From Rhizaria sp. SCN 62-66 (Eukaryota), in the NCBI GenBank assembly GCA_001724265.1, contig MEDY01000073.1, positions 62,001 through 126,000 of the forward strand: a DNA stretch of 64,000 nucleotides, written 5' to 3'. The notes under the pieces were generated by a model. It was not told where the DNA came from, made no database searches, and saw only the letters and a list, made by a program, of their open reading frames with translations. Below, piece by piece: positions 50,482-62,400 of this stretch (position 1 is the first letter of the stretch; each line of letters begins with the position of its first letter). A program made the translations under genes and the position numbers.

Positions 50482-52625
50482 GGACCGCAACAGGGGCTGC
50501 AGTAGCAGACGCGGAGGCGGGCTCCTCGGCAGAGGCGCCCTCGAAGCCCCAGTTCTCGTCGTCGTCATCGTCTTTGTCTCCGGCGGCGACGGCGGGCGCA
50601 GGAGCAGCAGCTTCGGGCGCGCCTTCGTCTGGAGCGTCGAAGTCGCCGAACTCTTCATCATCGTCGTCATTATTGCTGTTTTTGGTGCTGCCGCTGCTCT
50701 CGGCAGCGTTGTCCACAGTCGCTGCCTCGGCAGCGGGCTCAGTCGCTGCCTCGGCAGCGGGCTGGGCAAGCGCGGCCGCGTCGGCAGCCAAATCGAACTC
50801 GGCGTCCATCGCCGCGGGAGACGCGGCCGCGCCGGAGTCCGCGGATTCGAACGCGGCGTCGCCGAACTCAGCGTCCTCGTCGTCGTTTTCGCAAACGGCA
50901 GCAGCGCCAGAGGTGGCCGTGGTGTCGACGGTGGACGCACAGCTCTCGGCCGCCGCCGCCTCGGCCGCAGCCGCCTCGGTCACCGCCGCCTCGGGCTCCG
51001 GGGCGACTGCGTCCGCCGCAGCCGCAGCTGCAGGTTTAAACTCGGTCTCCGCAGAGGCGGAGGCAGAAACAGGAGACACCTCGACCGGCGCCGCACCGGC
51101 GTAGGAGAACTCGGCGCCGCCGTCACCCGCAGCCGCAGACGCGCTGCCGCAGTCGGTGGCAGCAGCCGTGACCTCGGGCTCCGTCTCGATAGGCTCCGTT
51201 ACGCCAGCCTCAGCCTCGGCCTCGGCCTCGGTCTCGGTCTGGGGCTGGGGCTCGGTCTCTGCACCGGAGGCAGCGGCCGCGGGCTACGCAGCGGACTCCG
51301 TAGCGGCGGACTCCGTAGCGGTGAACTCCGTAGCGGCGGACTCGAACGCGGCGCCCTCAAATTCGTCGTCGTGGACCTCGCCGACGGTGGTCGCCGCACC
51401 GAGGTCAGCGGCATCGGCATCAGCATCCGCCTCGACAGCGGCCGCAGCGGCCTCAGCAGCGGCATCTTCAGCATCTGCAGCTGCCTTTGCTGCAATAGCA
51501 GACGCCTCGGCAGCGGCAGCTGCAGCAGCGGCAGCGACAGCCTCCTCCTCAGCCTTGACGCGAGCAGCCTCTTCAGCAGCAGTAGCCACCGCAGCAGCTT
51601 CTGCAGCTGCAGCTTCCTCAGCAGCAGCGGCCGCTGCGGCAGCGGCATCTTCTTCAGTCTTTTTGGCAGCCTCCGCTGCTTCTGCAGCGACCTTAGCCTC
51701 GGCAGCAGCAGCCTCAGCGGCAGCAGCTGCCACCTCCGCCTCAGCGACCGCCTTCGCCTCAGCGACCGCCTTCGCCTCAGCGACCGCCTTCGCCTCAGCG
51801 TCCGCCTTCGCCTCTGCTGCCTCAACCTCCGCCGCATCAGCAGCCTCTGCGGCGGCGGCAGCCTCTGCGGCGGCGGCAGCCTCTGCGGCGGCGGCAGCCT
51901 CTGCGGCGGCGGCAGCCGGCAGCCTCTGCGGCGGCGGCAGCCTCTGCGGCGGCGGCAACCTCTGCGGCGGCGGCAGCCTTTGCGGCGATAACGCGCGCCG
52001 TCTCAGCTTCTGCCTCAACAGCCATGCGAGCCGCTTCGGCCTCCTGCTCGGCCTTGATGCGCGCCGCCTCAGCTTCTGCCTCGGCAGCAGCCGCGGCATC
52101 AGTCTCGGCCTTAGCTTCGGCAGCCGCCTTAGCCGCAGCATCAGCTTCAGCTTTTGCAGCAGCCGCCTCGGCCTCGGCCTTTGCAGCAGCTTCCGCATCA
52201 ACGATTGCAGCTGCGTCGGCGCTCACTGCACCCGCGGCATCGTCAAAGCCCCATCCCTCCTCCTTGTCGCCAGCGGTGAGGGGTGCCACAACAGGGGCTG
52301 GTGCCACGACGGACTCTATGACAGGATCGGATCCCGCTGGAGAGGCTTCGAAGTCGCCAAAGTCATCGTCTTCGCTAGCTACATGCCCCATAAGACTCAC
52401 TGCAGCAGCTGGGGTAGGAGCAGGCGATGCGGGGGTTTCCGGCACGGCAGCGGCCGCCTCATCAAAGTCGAAGTCAAAGTCCTCTTCCTTGGCAACTGCT
52501 TTGTCAGCATCAGCAGGCGCTGGAGCGGGAGCGGAAGCGACATCAGGGCTGGCAACACCGTGCTGCACTGAAGGCTGGGTCGGCACTTCGTCGTCAAAAC
52601 CGAAGCCCCAATCTTCCTCAGCCAT
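49490..52625 (-). CDS. Acidic Ala/Glu-rich protein with repeated DFGDF/WGF motifs (aftiphilin/gamma-synergin-like adaptor-binding protein); one frameshift at about 51915 and in-frame TAG at 51284
   Basis: ORFs 52625-51837, 52201-51284 and 51079-49490. The last two are in frame across one TAG; the first two are offset at a truncated repeat unit. Motifs EDWGFGF, DDFGDF, EGWGF, EEFGDF, ENWGF, EDFGDFGAF, EDFGDFGSF. Confidence 0.7.
50415..50480. repeat. (GGCGCG)11 microsatellite encoding an Ala-Pro repeat on the minus strand
   Basis: Perfect hexamer array read directly. Confidence 0.95.
51735..51985. repeat. Coding 18-bp tandem repeats (AEAKAV x3; EAAAAA about x7) with one truncated unit
   Basis: Units CGCCTCAGCGACCGCCTT and GGCAGCCTCTGCGGCGGC; a 7-nt partial unit GGCAGCC at 51911-51917. 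Confidence 0.9.
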
Positions 52626-53464
52626 GGTTCAGGGATGTGTGAATTGCAGCTTGGGCTTGATCGATCTTCTGAGCGTTTGAGTGAGGTTGTTTTTCTACGA
52701 AAAAAAGGCGCATCATTTGCAAGATACATGTCAGAATTATCACAACATAGTTTGACGCTACCATGAGCTACAGATAACCCGACTAAACGCCGTATGCCGA
52801 TCAGTATAGCGCATATAATATGGATTCAAGCAGGGTGTCGCCCAAGTGCTGATACGCTGACACAGCCCACCACACAAACATGCAAACAACAAAGCAACTG
52901 CTCCATCGACCAGAATGATAATCGTAGAATCAATTGATGTATTGAGCCAAAAAGGAATTGGTGTGCACAGTTTTACAATATAGAGTTAAAGTCCACTAAC
53001 GAGGTTACGGCGTTTAAAAACAAAACAATTGCTACTTTGAGGGGTGACGCTGTGTTACACGTTTGTTCACATTAAAAATCAAGTTGTTGCGTAACGAAAG
53101 GAGCAGAAAAAAAACAACAAATACAGAGTAGAGATTAAAAAATAAGAGGACTATGACCAAAAACACACAATAACAAGCGTATCAACAGATGATAAGAGAT
53201 CTGGGGAACTTAAATCAGACAGTCATGTCGAAACATGTGTCCATGCGCTAAATTGACTCGCTTGCTGCGTTTTGTGCGTGCAAAAAACAAACACATGCAT
53301 CGTACAAGATTTTAAGCGCGTTGTAGCATTGATATTGGCGAATGAATGAGTGCTAGACAATGTTCACATGAGTCGAGCAATCATAAACAAATACGTCTCG
53401 ACATCGAAGCGTGGGTGCGCACTCAACTGCAACACTTACGTGCCACAGAGAAGCAGGCGCCGTC

Positions 53465-56400
53465 TCACGCGATGGGATCGATACGTTCGGCAATGCGGGC
53501 GTCAGGCACGCCGAGCGCGCGCAGCGCGTGGCGCACATAGCCCACGACGTCGGCGGGGCCGGCGACGAAGACGAACTGGCCGTCCCACACCGCGTGCAAC
53601 TGCGAGCCAGCGGGCTCGCGCGGCAGCTCAGCGCCCCCCGCGCGCGCGTTGGCGGGCGTAACGCCAATGAAGCTCAACGGGTTCGAGTCGGGCGCGAGCG
53701 TGGGCAGCGCTGACAGCAGCGCGGCCGCGGTGGGCAGGCCCGCCAGCGCGCGCGGCTGCGCCATGTGTCCGCGCAGCAGCTCGCGGTGCGTGACGAGCGC
53801 CAGCGCGGCCTCGGCGTCGCTGAGTGCGGACGCGGGGATGTCGGCCGTAACGCCCGCCTCGGCCGCGTCTTGCAGCGCCATCGCGGCGACCGCGGGCAGC
53901 TGCAGCGGCGCCACCTCGGCGTCGGGAGCGGGCGGCGTCATCTGGCGCCCGTTGCTCAGCGCAACGGGCATCACAGTGGCGGTGCCGGTGGCGTTCAGCA
54001 GCGGCATGAGTGACACCGCGACGCTGGCGGGCGGCATCAGCGGCGTATATGCGTTGTTGCGCGCGACAGAGCCCGGCAGCGCGGCGGGACGCAGCACCTC
54101 CATGTCCTTGAGGTGCGAGCCGAACGACAGCGGCAGCATGTAGTCCATGTGCAGGCACGCCACGGCACACGCATGTAGGGCCACGCCGTGGGCCGAGGTG
54201 CCGCTGCCGGCGCCGCGCCCGAGACCCGGCAGCGGGTGTTTTTCGCGCGCAAGGTTGAGCGACGACAGGAAGCTCGCCACGCCCAGCGCTGCCGTCGTGC
54301 CGCAAGTGATCGTGAGCAGACGCGCGGGCAGCGCCAGCAGCGGCGGCAGCTGACGCAGCAGCAGGGGCGCAGCGGAGGCACGCGCCGCGGCGGCTGCGGC
54401 GGACGTGGAGAGAGCCGACGGCAGCACGGGCGAGTAGGCCTCGCCCAGCAGGTCGTGCTCGACGCCGACGGCACAGCCCACCGTCAGCGGCAACGGCAGC
54501 GGGGTGTTGGAGCGCATCGCACCGCCAGCGAAGGCGAAGTGCGTGCCCAGCCACGCCGCGGCCGGGATCGCGGCTACGAAAGTAAGCGGCGCGTTGGCCG
54601 ACATGAAGCGCGTCTGGCGCGCCGCGCGCTGCATCTGCGCAGCGGCGACGACGGGCGAGGTGACGCCCGTCGCGGCCGACGCGGGGCCGGCGCGGAAACT
54701 CGCGTTGATCCCGGCCGATGAGGCCAGACGCTCGAACTTGCCCGACGCGCGCGGCTGCATCACCTTCTCGAACTTGACTGCCGCGGTCTCGCCCGCTGAG
54801 CCTGTTGTGCCGGAGTTCGAGGCTGACGACGTCGACGCCGTTGTGGAACCGCCGGCAGCGCCGTCGCCCTTGCTGTTGCGCGCGCCGCCCGCGGGGAACG
54901 GGCTGCCTGAGCGGCGCATCGGCGGGCTGGGCGGGCGTACGCCGGACTTGCCGCCTTCGCCGGCCTCGCCGTCGTCGTCCACAAAGGACTTGCGCGCGCC
55001 GGGCGTGCGCGTCGGGGCATCGCGCACACTGTCGTCATCCGAGCCATCTTCATCGTCGCTGCCTGCGGGCGTGGGGTGCTCCATGTCCGCGCGCAGCTCG
55101 CCGTTCTGCGAGATGATGTTCACGGCGCCGTCGCCCAGGATGCTCACGCGCTTGCTCAGCTTCACCGCAGCGCGGTTTACCGCGGGCGGTGAGAAGACGA
55201 GCAGTGCGGTCATCTGCTGGCGCAGCGGCGCAGCGCCACCAGCGCCACGCATGATGGCGCCCGCGTGGGCCTGCACCACGGGCGGGGGGCCCATGGCCGC
55301 CGCCGCCGCCGCAGCGGTCGCCGCGGAGGAGCGGCTGCCGCGCGGCGACGCGCCGGGCAAGGTCGCGGCCGCGGGCGACGACATGCTCAGAGCGGGCCGC
55401 AGCGAGAGTTGGGTGAGAGCAAAGGCGCTGAGCAAGGTTTGCTGCGGCGCAACCTCTGAGCCAGGGGCCGCGAATGCGGTCGCCAGGTGGTGTCCCGAAG
55501 CCGTGACCGAGGTGACCTGAGAGCGCAGCGGCGACGAGGAGCCGGGCAGCGCGAGCGAGACCTGTGGCGGGGAGAAGAGGCGAATGAGCGTGGCCAGATC
55601 CATTGGCTGCGAGGAGCCGTTGGGCGACGGCGCCTTGGTGCGCAGGGCCGTGTTGAGGCACGAACGCGGAATCTCAAGGCGCACGAGCACGTACTCGTCG
55701 CTCTCGGCCGTCTGGTCAATACAGCGCGCCGTGCAGAAGACGAGCGAGCCCGCGGGCAGCGTGGCGCTGCGCAGCGGCGAGAAGAAAAGCGACGACGCCG
55801 CCGAGTTGGCGTGGATCGACGCGACGTTGGTGAGTGCGGCGCGGCGCTCGGCGGACGCCGTCGCCGTCTGTGCGTGCGAGGGCTGCGGGAAGCGGTCCAG
55901 GAAGAGCGAGAGACGCTGGCCGTGGACGTGCGAAAGGCGCGAGAAAGAGGTCATGTGGTATGTGACGTAGCGCATGAACCACGACCACGACTCGCGCGCG
56001 AAGAGCCACTCAGGGTCGACTTCCTTGATGGCCTTGCGGATCCACGGGAAAACGTGGTAAGAGCACAACCAGAAGAGCGCGTCCGCGTCCTTGCGCGTCC
56101 ACGCCGTGCCCAGCACGGCCGACAGCGACGCGGACATACACGAGAGCAGCCACGTGCCAAACGACTCGTCACGCGTCGCAGAGATCACGCGACGACGGCG
56201 CTGCTTGAGCAAGTCTTGGTGCTCCACCGACGCCTCGGCAGCGCGCTCCACGTTCGCGTCGAGGATGCGGCGCGAGCGTGCCTCAGACCAACCGTCGGGC
56301 GCGGCGGGGCTACTGCCGTTGCGCTGGGGCGCGTTGGCCGAGGGCGAGCTCGGCTCGGCGGCCTCATCTTCGGCGCGCTCGTCGAAGACAGCGGCGGCCG

Positions 56401-59400
56401 CAGCCATCGCGGCTTCTTCCTCCTCCTCGAGCATGACGCGTGCGGCCTTAAGTCCGTCTAGCACGGCGGCGGCGGCGACGGCCGAGACCTCGGCGCCGGC
56501 AAAGCTGCGGCCGTCGATAAAGAGCTCCCTGGGCGCGCGGTGCGTGGGCTCCATGACCAGCAGCTCGGGGTCGAACTGGTAGCCAGCGAGGCGCTCCGCG
56601 ATCGCCTGCACGCGCGCACGCGCTTGGTGGGCGTTGCTGGTGTCACCCATCATGACGGTGTAGAGCACGGCCTCCCAAAGGAGCTCCAGCTGCGTGTGCA
56701 CGTGCATCGGGCCCAGCTTCTGCAGACCCGCGCGGCGGTTCGTCATGATCTCGGGCGACATCTCACACAGCGACGATGGCACCAGCGGCAGGTTCGTGAA
56801 GAAGGACGTCACCGCGGGCGCCGCCATCGGGTGGTCACCGCTCGCCGTGCCGGGCTTCACGACGTCCTCTTCCTCCTCCTCCTCCTCGGGCTTGTCCTCG
56901 CCGTCGTCCTCGACCTCGGCCGTGCTGGGCGACATCAGCGAGCCTCCCGGCGTGGTGCCGCGCGAGTCGTTGACGTGCGAGATCACCGGCGCGGCCAGCG
57001 GCGGCAGCGACTTAAGCGCGCTCTCGCCGGGACGGCGCCCGCCGGGGCGCTGGTTGCGCGCGGCTGCGGCAGCCTCTTCGGCGCGCTCCTTCTCGCGCTC
57101 ACGCTCGCGCTCAGACTTGCTGCTGCGCTCACGGTCACGGTCACGGTCACGGGAGCGGTCATCGCGGCCACCACGGCGGTCGCTACGGCGGTCGCGGTCC
57201 CGGTCGCCGCCGCGGCGAGCGCGGCGGTCGTCGTAGTCGTCCTCGCTCGACTCGGAGTCTGACGAGTCGTCGTCGTAGCGGCGCCGCGAGTGGCGCGAGC
57301 GGTCCTTGCCCCGACGATCACGGTCACGGCGGCTCTTCTTGCCGTCGCGGTCGCGGCGGTCGCCACGGTCCTTCATGCCGCCGCGGAGTGCGGGACCGGC
57401 GAGCGCGGCGGCCGCGTTAGCAGCCTCAGCGGCGGCCTTGGCAGCGCGCGCGGCACGGGCCTCGGCGTTGCGCGCCGCGGCGGGAACGGACGCGAGCGTA
57501 CCATTGTCGCTGATGCCGACGTCCTTGGGGAAGCACGTCACCACCATCATCGTGAAGAGCAGTTGCGTGAGTGTACCCTTCGGGAACTGCGCGGGAATCA
57601 TCGGCATCACGGTTGAATCCGCAGCCGTGGTCACAGGGGCGTTCTGAGCAGCGGTGCCGTCCGCAGCAGGGGCCGCAGCGTCTTCAGCGCCCTGTACCTT
57701 TGCCTCAGCGTCGCCAGTCTTAGCCTCGTCAGCAGCCTCAGTCTTGGCGCTAGCCTTGCCGGGAGCAGCGGCAGCGGCCTTAAGCAGCATGTTGAAAAGT
57801 ACGCCAAGACTTGCGACCTCGAGGTCAGACTCCCCTTCGCCGCCAGCAACGGCACCCGCAGTGATGCACCCGCCCGCGGCGAGCGAGAGCATCATTACGG
57901 CAGGGCCCTCGACGGGCGCGCGCAAGTGCAGCTGCGTGAGCGAGGTGTGGTGCACGAAGGGCACAAGTTGCGACGCCAGCAGGTCGCGCGCGAGCGCACG
58001 CTGGTTCGACACCGACAGCGGCATCATGGTCGGGATGTGAAGGTACGTCAGCGCGGGCGCGGGCAGGATCGCGGGGAATGTGTTGCGCATGGCGCGGCGC
58101 AGCGTGGTGCACGAAGAGGCCATCCGGATGGCCTCATCCTCGGCACTGATGTGCGCGGCGATGACGTTGACGGCACGCTGCACGACCCAGACCCACGCCC
58201 AGAGGGCGCGGTTGGAGGCCATGAGCAAGCCCTGCTCGCCCAGCGTCTCGAGTGTCTGCGCGATCGTGTCCAGGAAGGCGTCGGCGAGGTGGAAGAGGTC
58301 CGCCAACGTAAGCGCGTAGTCCGCCATGAGCCCGCGGTACAGGGTAATCAGCGTCGCGTGCACGATGTCGGCGTTGAGGCCGTCGATCTCCACCGGAGTT
58401 ACGTCCATCACGCTCGGCGCGTTGAGCCACGACCACTTGCGTCCCGCCGCGGGCTCGGTGGGACGGCCGCCCACTGCCATCGCAGCGGCAGCGGCAGCGG
58501 CGTCGTCCTTGGCACGCTGCGCAGCGGGCACGGGCGGGACGCTGTGGCGCGTAAGGCCCGCGCTGGCGATTTGCGCCGCGCTGTGGGCGACAAAGCCCCA
58601 GAGCCGGCCGATCACGGTCTGCGAGTCGCGCACCAGCATCGCCAGCGTGCGGTCCTTGTCGGCCTGCGTCACGGCGGCCAGCTTCTGCGCAGCAGACGCG
58701 GCGACGGCCGTCTTGGTCGCCAGGTGCTGCGTCGAGATGGTCTTGGCGTGCGCGGCGGCCATCGATGCCGTCATCGCGGCGTCGACAATACCGGGCGAGC
58801 CAGGCAAGGCGAGGTCCTGCTGGTGCTTCTCGCGCAGCGCCTGTTCGTGCGCGTACGCGTTGGCGGCTGCTGCAGCGGCCGCAGTGGCCTCGGCAGTAGC
58901 CTTCTCGGCGGCCTCAATCTGCAGCACCTTGCCTGCGCGCACGGCAGTCTCCGCGGCCTTCTCGAAGGCCGGACGCACGGCGTTGCATCGCAGCTCAGCG
59001 TTCTCGATGATCTTGCGCACGTGCTTGGGCAGCTGCGCCTCGAGCGAGTGCCACGACTGCGTAACTTGGTTGACGAGCGCGTCGCGCGCGCGCTGGCGCG
59101 TGACGGAGTGGTCTTGCTCCTGCATGCCTTCGATCATGCATACAATGATGAAGTCGAACACCCACTGCATGGCGTTGGCGTGGTCGGGGTGCCACCCCTC
59201 GTAGGCCTTGCTCACAGTCTCCAGAAACAGCACGCTGTGCAGCTCGAACGACTCAGGCGGCGCGTTGTACGCGACGTGGCGCTTGCCGATCTCGCGCAGG
59301 TGGCGCACCAGTCCTGCCGGGTCCGTTGGCAGGCGCTCGATGACGTCGCCGACCGTCGCCATAAATGACGCCTGCACGGCCTCCATGTCTGAGTGACGGA

Positions 59401-62400
59401 ACAGTCCGGCGACCTCGGGCGAGAGACGGAACATCTGCGTGTAGAAGGCCTTCGATGTGATTTTGGCCTTGCGCGAGATGCGCTGCCATACGTCCTTAGC
59501 CAGCTCCATGCGGCGCTGGAAAGGGCGGTCCATGTGGCTGGCGTCATGCGTCCCGTCGGCGTCGGCCAGCGACTGGTTCGGCATCAGCGATGCCGCCGCA
59601 ATGAGGCGCGACGCGTACGCGCGGTGAAACGCGGCCAGACGCGGCGCCATGGCGGACGGCGGCGTATCCTCAACGTCGTCGAAGGACGCGCTAGGGCCGT
59701 GGCCCTGATGCACGCCACGCATGTGCTCGAACAGCTTCGCCTGGCGACGCGAGCGGTGGAAGCGCAGCGTCCAGTCACCGTTGTAGCAGTACGCCTGCGG
59801 GCCCTCCTGCAGCTCAGACGCTGGCAGCGGGCCGCCGATGCCGCCGGGACCGGAGCCCACAGAGCCGAGCAGGTGGTGCGCAGCGCCAGGGGCGCCGGGC
59901 TGGCCGGGGGCGCCGGGCTGCTGACCGTCCTTGCCCTGCTGCGCGGCATCCTTGCCCTGTTGGGCGGCGGCATCTTTGCCGTCTTTGCCCTTGCCATCCT
60001 TATTGTCAGCAGCGGCGGCGCCAGTGGCGGGCGCGTCAGCCAACTCGTCGAGGTTGTCGATACCGTTAAGCGCATTAGCGGCGGCCTCGGCCAGCGCGGC
60101 CTGCTTAGCGCGCTCCTCGGCGCGGCGGCGCTGCTTGGCGCGCGTGGCGTAGAGCTGCTTCACTGAGCCGACCAGCGCGGCCTCGAAGCTCTGGAAGAAG
60201 CTGAGGCGCACGGCGTAGCGCAGGTGCGACACACCGAGCTTGGCAAGGTACTCTTCGAGTCCAAGGCGCGCGTACAGCGTCGCCATCGACTCGTGCAGCG
60301 GCGTGCGGAGCTTGACACCCATCACGGTCGCGATCTGCGCCGGCAGCCCGTCATCGGGCGACGCGTGCGGTGCAGCGCTCGAGCCGGGCGTCGCAATCGA
60401 CGCCAGCGACGGCCGTCCGCTTTGCGCGCTGGACGCCGCGGGCGCAGCCTCGGGGGCGGCGGGAGTGGCGGGCGTCACGGGGGCTGCAGCGGACTTGCTG
60501 CGGCCCTTGCTGTTCTCACGGCCGTCCTTGCTCTCGTCGCCGAGCTTGCCCGACGTGGCAGCGCCGCGGCCGCGGCCCTTGTCCGAGCTGCCGGTGCGCT
60601 CGTCAGCGAGGTTGCGCGTCGTGCCCGTGCGGCGGCCGTGCGTGACGACATCAGGACCACGGTCCTTTCTACTCTTGCTGCCACTGGCGCCAGAGTTGTT
60701 GACGGCGGCGGCGAAGCCCTCGGGGCGCGCGCAGAACTCGCTAGCAATGAGGTCGTCGACGTTGCGCTGGGTGATGTCCATCATCTCGCGCACGACGAAC
60801 TCGACGGCGTTGACGATGACTTGCGTGTGGGAGTCCAGGCGACGGCCAGCGAAGAGCGCTAGCGTGCGCTTGTCGAGCAGGAAGAGACGGCGTAGCAACA
60901 TGTGGTTCACAGTCGACTGCAACGTCTTGCGCGATTCAGAGTCGGCGTTGTTGTTAGTATTGTTTCCGCGGTTGTTGCCCGCCGTCGCGCGCTGCACTTC
61001 CGCGTTGGCGCCACTGCCGGGCGGCCCCTGGTCGGAGCGCGCAGCGGCCTGCTGCGCAGTGACGGTAGACAGGTGCTTGGCAAAGGCCAGAATCGCGGGG
61101 AAATCCTTGGCGGCCTTGGCGATGACAGCAGTGGGCAGCACAGACCACGCGGCGGAGTGCTTAAGGTCGTGCTTGGCCGACTGCGCGAGACCGAGGCGCG
61201 CGACGGCAGAGCGCGAGTGCGTGCCCGACCGATCGTCCTCTTCGTCGCTCTCGTCCGAGTCCTCCAGCACGACGGTCGACGACCAGTCGCGCCAGATCTG
61301 GTCCAGGTACTCGCTGCGCAGCGCGTGGCTCCACCCGGACTGCACGTCCTCGTCCAGACCGACCCAGTTGGTCGCCGTCACACCGGGCGCCAGCGGCGCC
61401 AACGGAGATGTCGCAGACGCCAGACGCTTGAACGGGCAGCCACCGGACCCCATCGCGACGCCCTCGCTCGCCGCAGCGGCCGCAGCCGCCGCGGGGGCGG
61501 AGGGCGCCGCGTCGCGACCGAGCTTCTTGGTGCCAAGACCGGGAGACAGCGGCGTGGCGGACACGTTCGCGGCGGATGCACTCGCGGCGGGAGGCGCGTC
61601 GTCGGCCTCGACGGGCGCAACGCGGCGCTCGGGCGACAGCGCGCGCGCGACGACGCTGCCCGACGCGAGCGTCGCGTGCACCGTCGTCAGCGCGGGGCCC
61701 GCGCCGCCGAGGCCCGCGGGCGCGAGAAGGGGTGCCGACGCAGCGATCGTCGCGGCGATTGCGGCCACGGGCGCGGTGCCCAACAGCGCCGCGCGCGCCT
61801 TCGCGAGCTGGCGCACTCGGGACGACAACGACGAAGACGACGCAGACGCCGCACTAGGGGCAGCGCCGAGCTTGCCGCCCAGCAGCGCCGCATCCAGGTG
61901 AGCGAGGTTCGCAGACACGGTGCCGGTGCCGCTGTGCAGCGCAGTGAGGAGACGCGAGCGCTGCTGCGCCAGCGGTGTTGCAGCCGCGGGCGTGGCGGTC
62001 TCGTCGGGGACGTTGGGCGTGGCTTCACCAGCTAGGGACTCGACGGCGGTCGCATTGCCACCGGCCGCGGCAGTCGCAGCGGCTGCAGCCGCGTTGGCGG
62101 CGTGCGAGCCGAGCACGACAACCGCGGCCATGATGTGTGGCGGCAGCGCGTTGGTGGGCACTCTCGCGGACATGTCGCACGCCAGCGCCGAGGCGGGCGT
62201 CGTGGCGTGTGAGGAGCGCGAGTGTGCTGACTTGAGCATCGTCGCAAAAGACGCCGCCCCGCCAGCCGGAGGAGAGCTCGACAAGCGGCTGATGCTGTTG
62301 GCGTGCGAGCTAGCGCTGGTGAAGGAACTGTTCGAGTCTTGGCGGTGGAACGCGGAGCCGGTGCCGATGTCCACGGTGCCGAAGCCAATGCGCGCGCCGC

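Noticed and set aside
2507-51286. Pyrrolysine-type or programmed read-through signal at the TAGs
   Set aside because: No shared downstream motif or hairpin is evident, and the sites lie in variable regions of unrelated genes, which fits general reassignment better.
50415-51985. CRISPR array or mobile element
   Set aside because: The repeats are spacer-less coding tandem repeats; no transposase, reverse transcriptase, terminal repeats or cas genes were seen anywhere in the window.
13565-52625. Functional cluster of membrane-trafficking genes (KNS3-like, DHHC, sorting nexin, FGDF protein)
   Set aside because: They are interspersed with unrelated genes on both strands; no sign of co-regulation.
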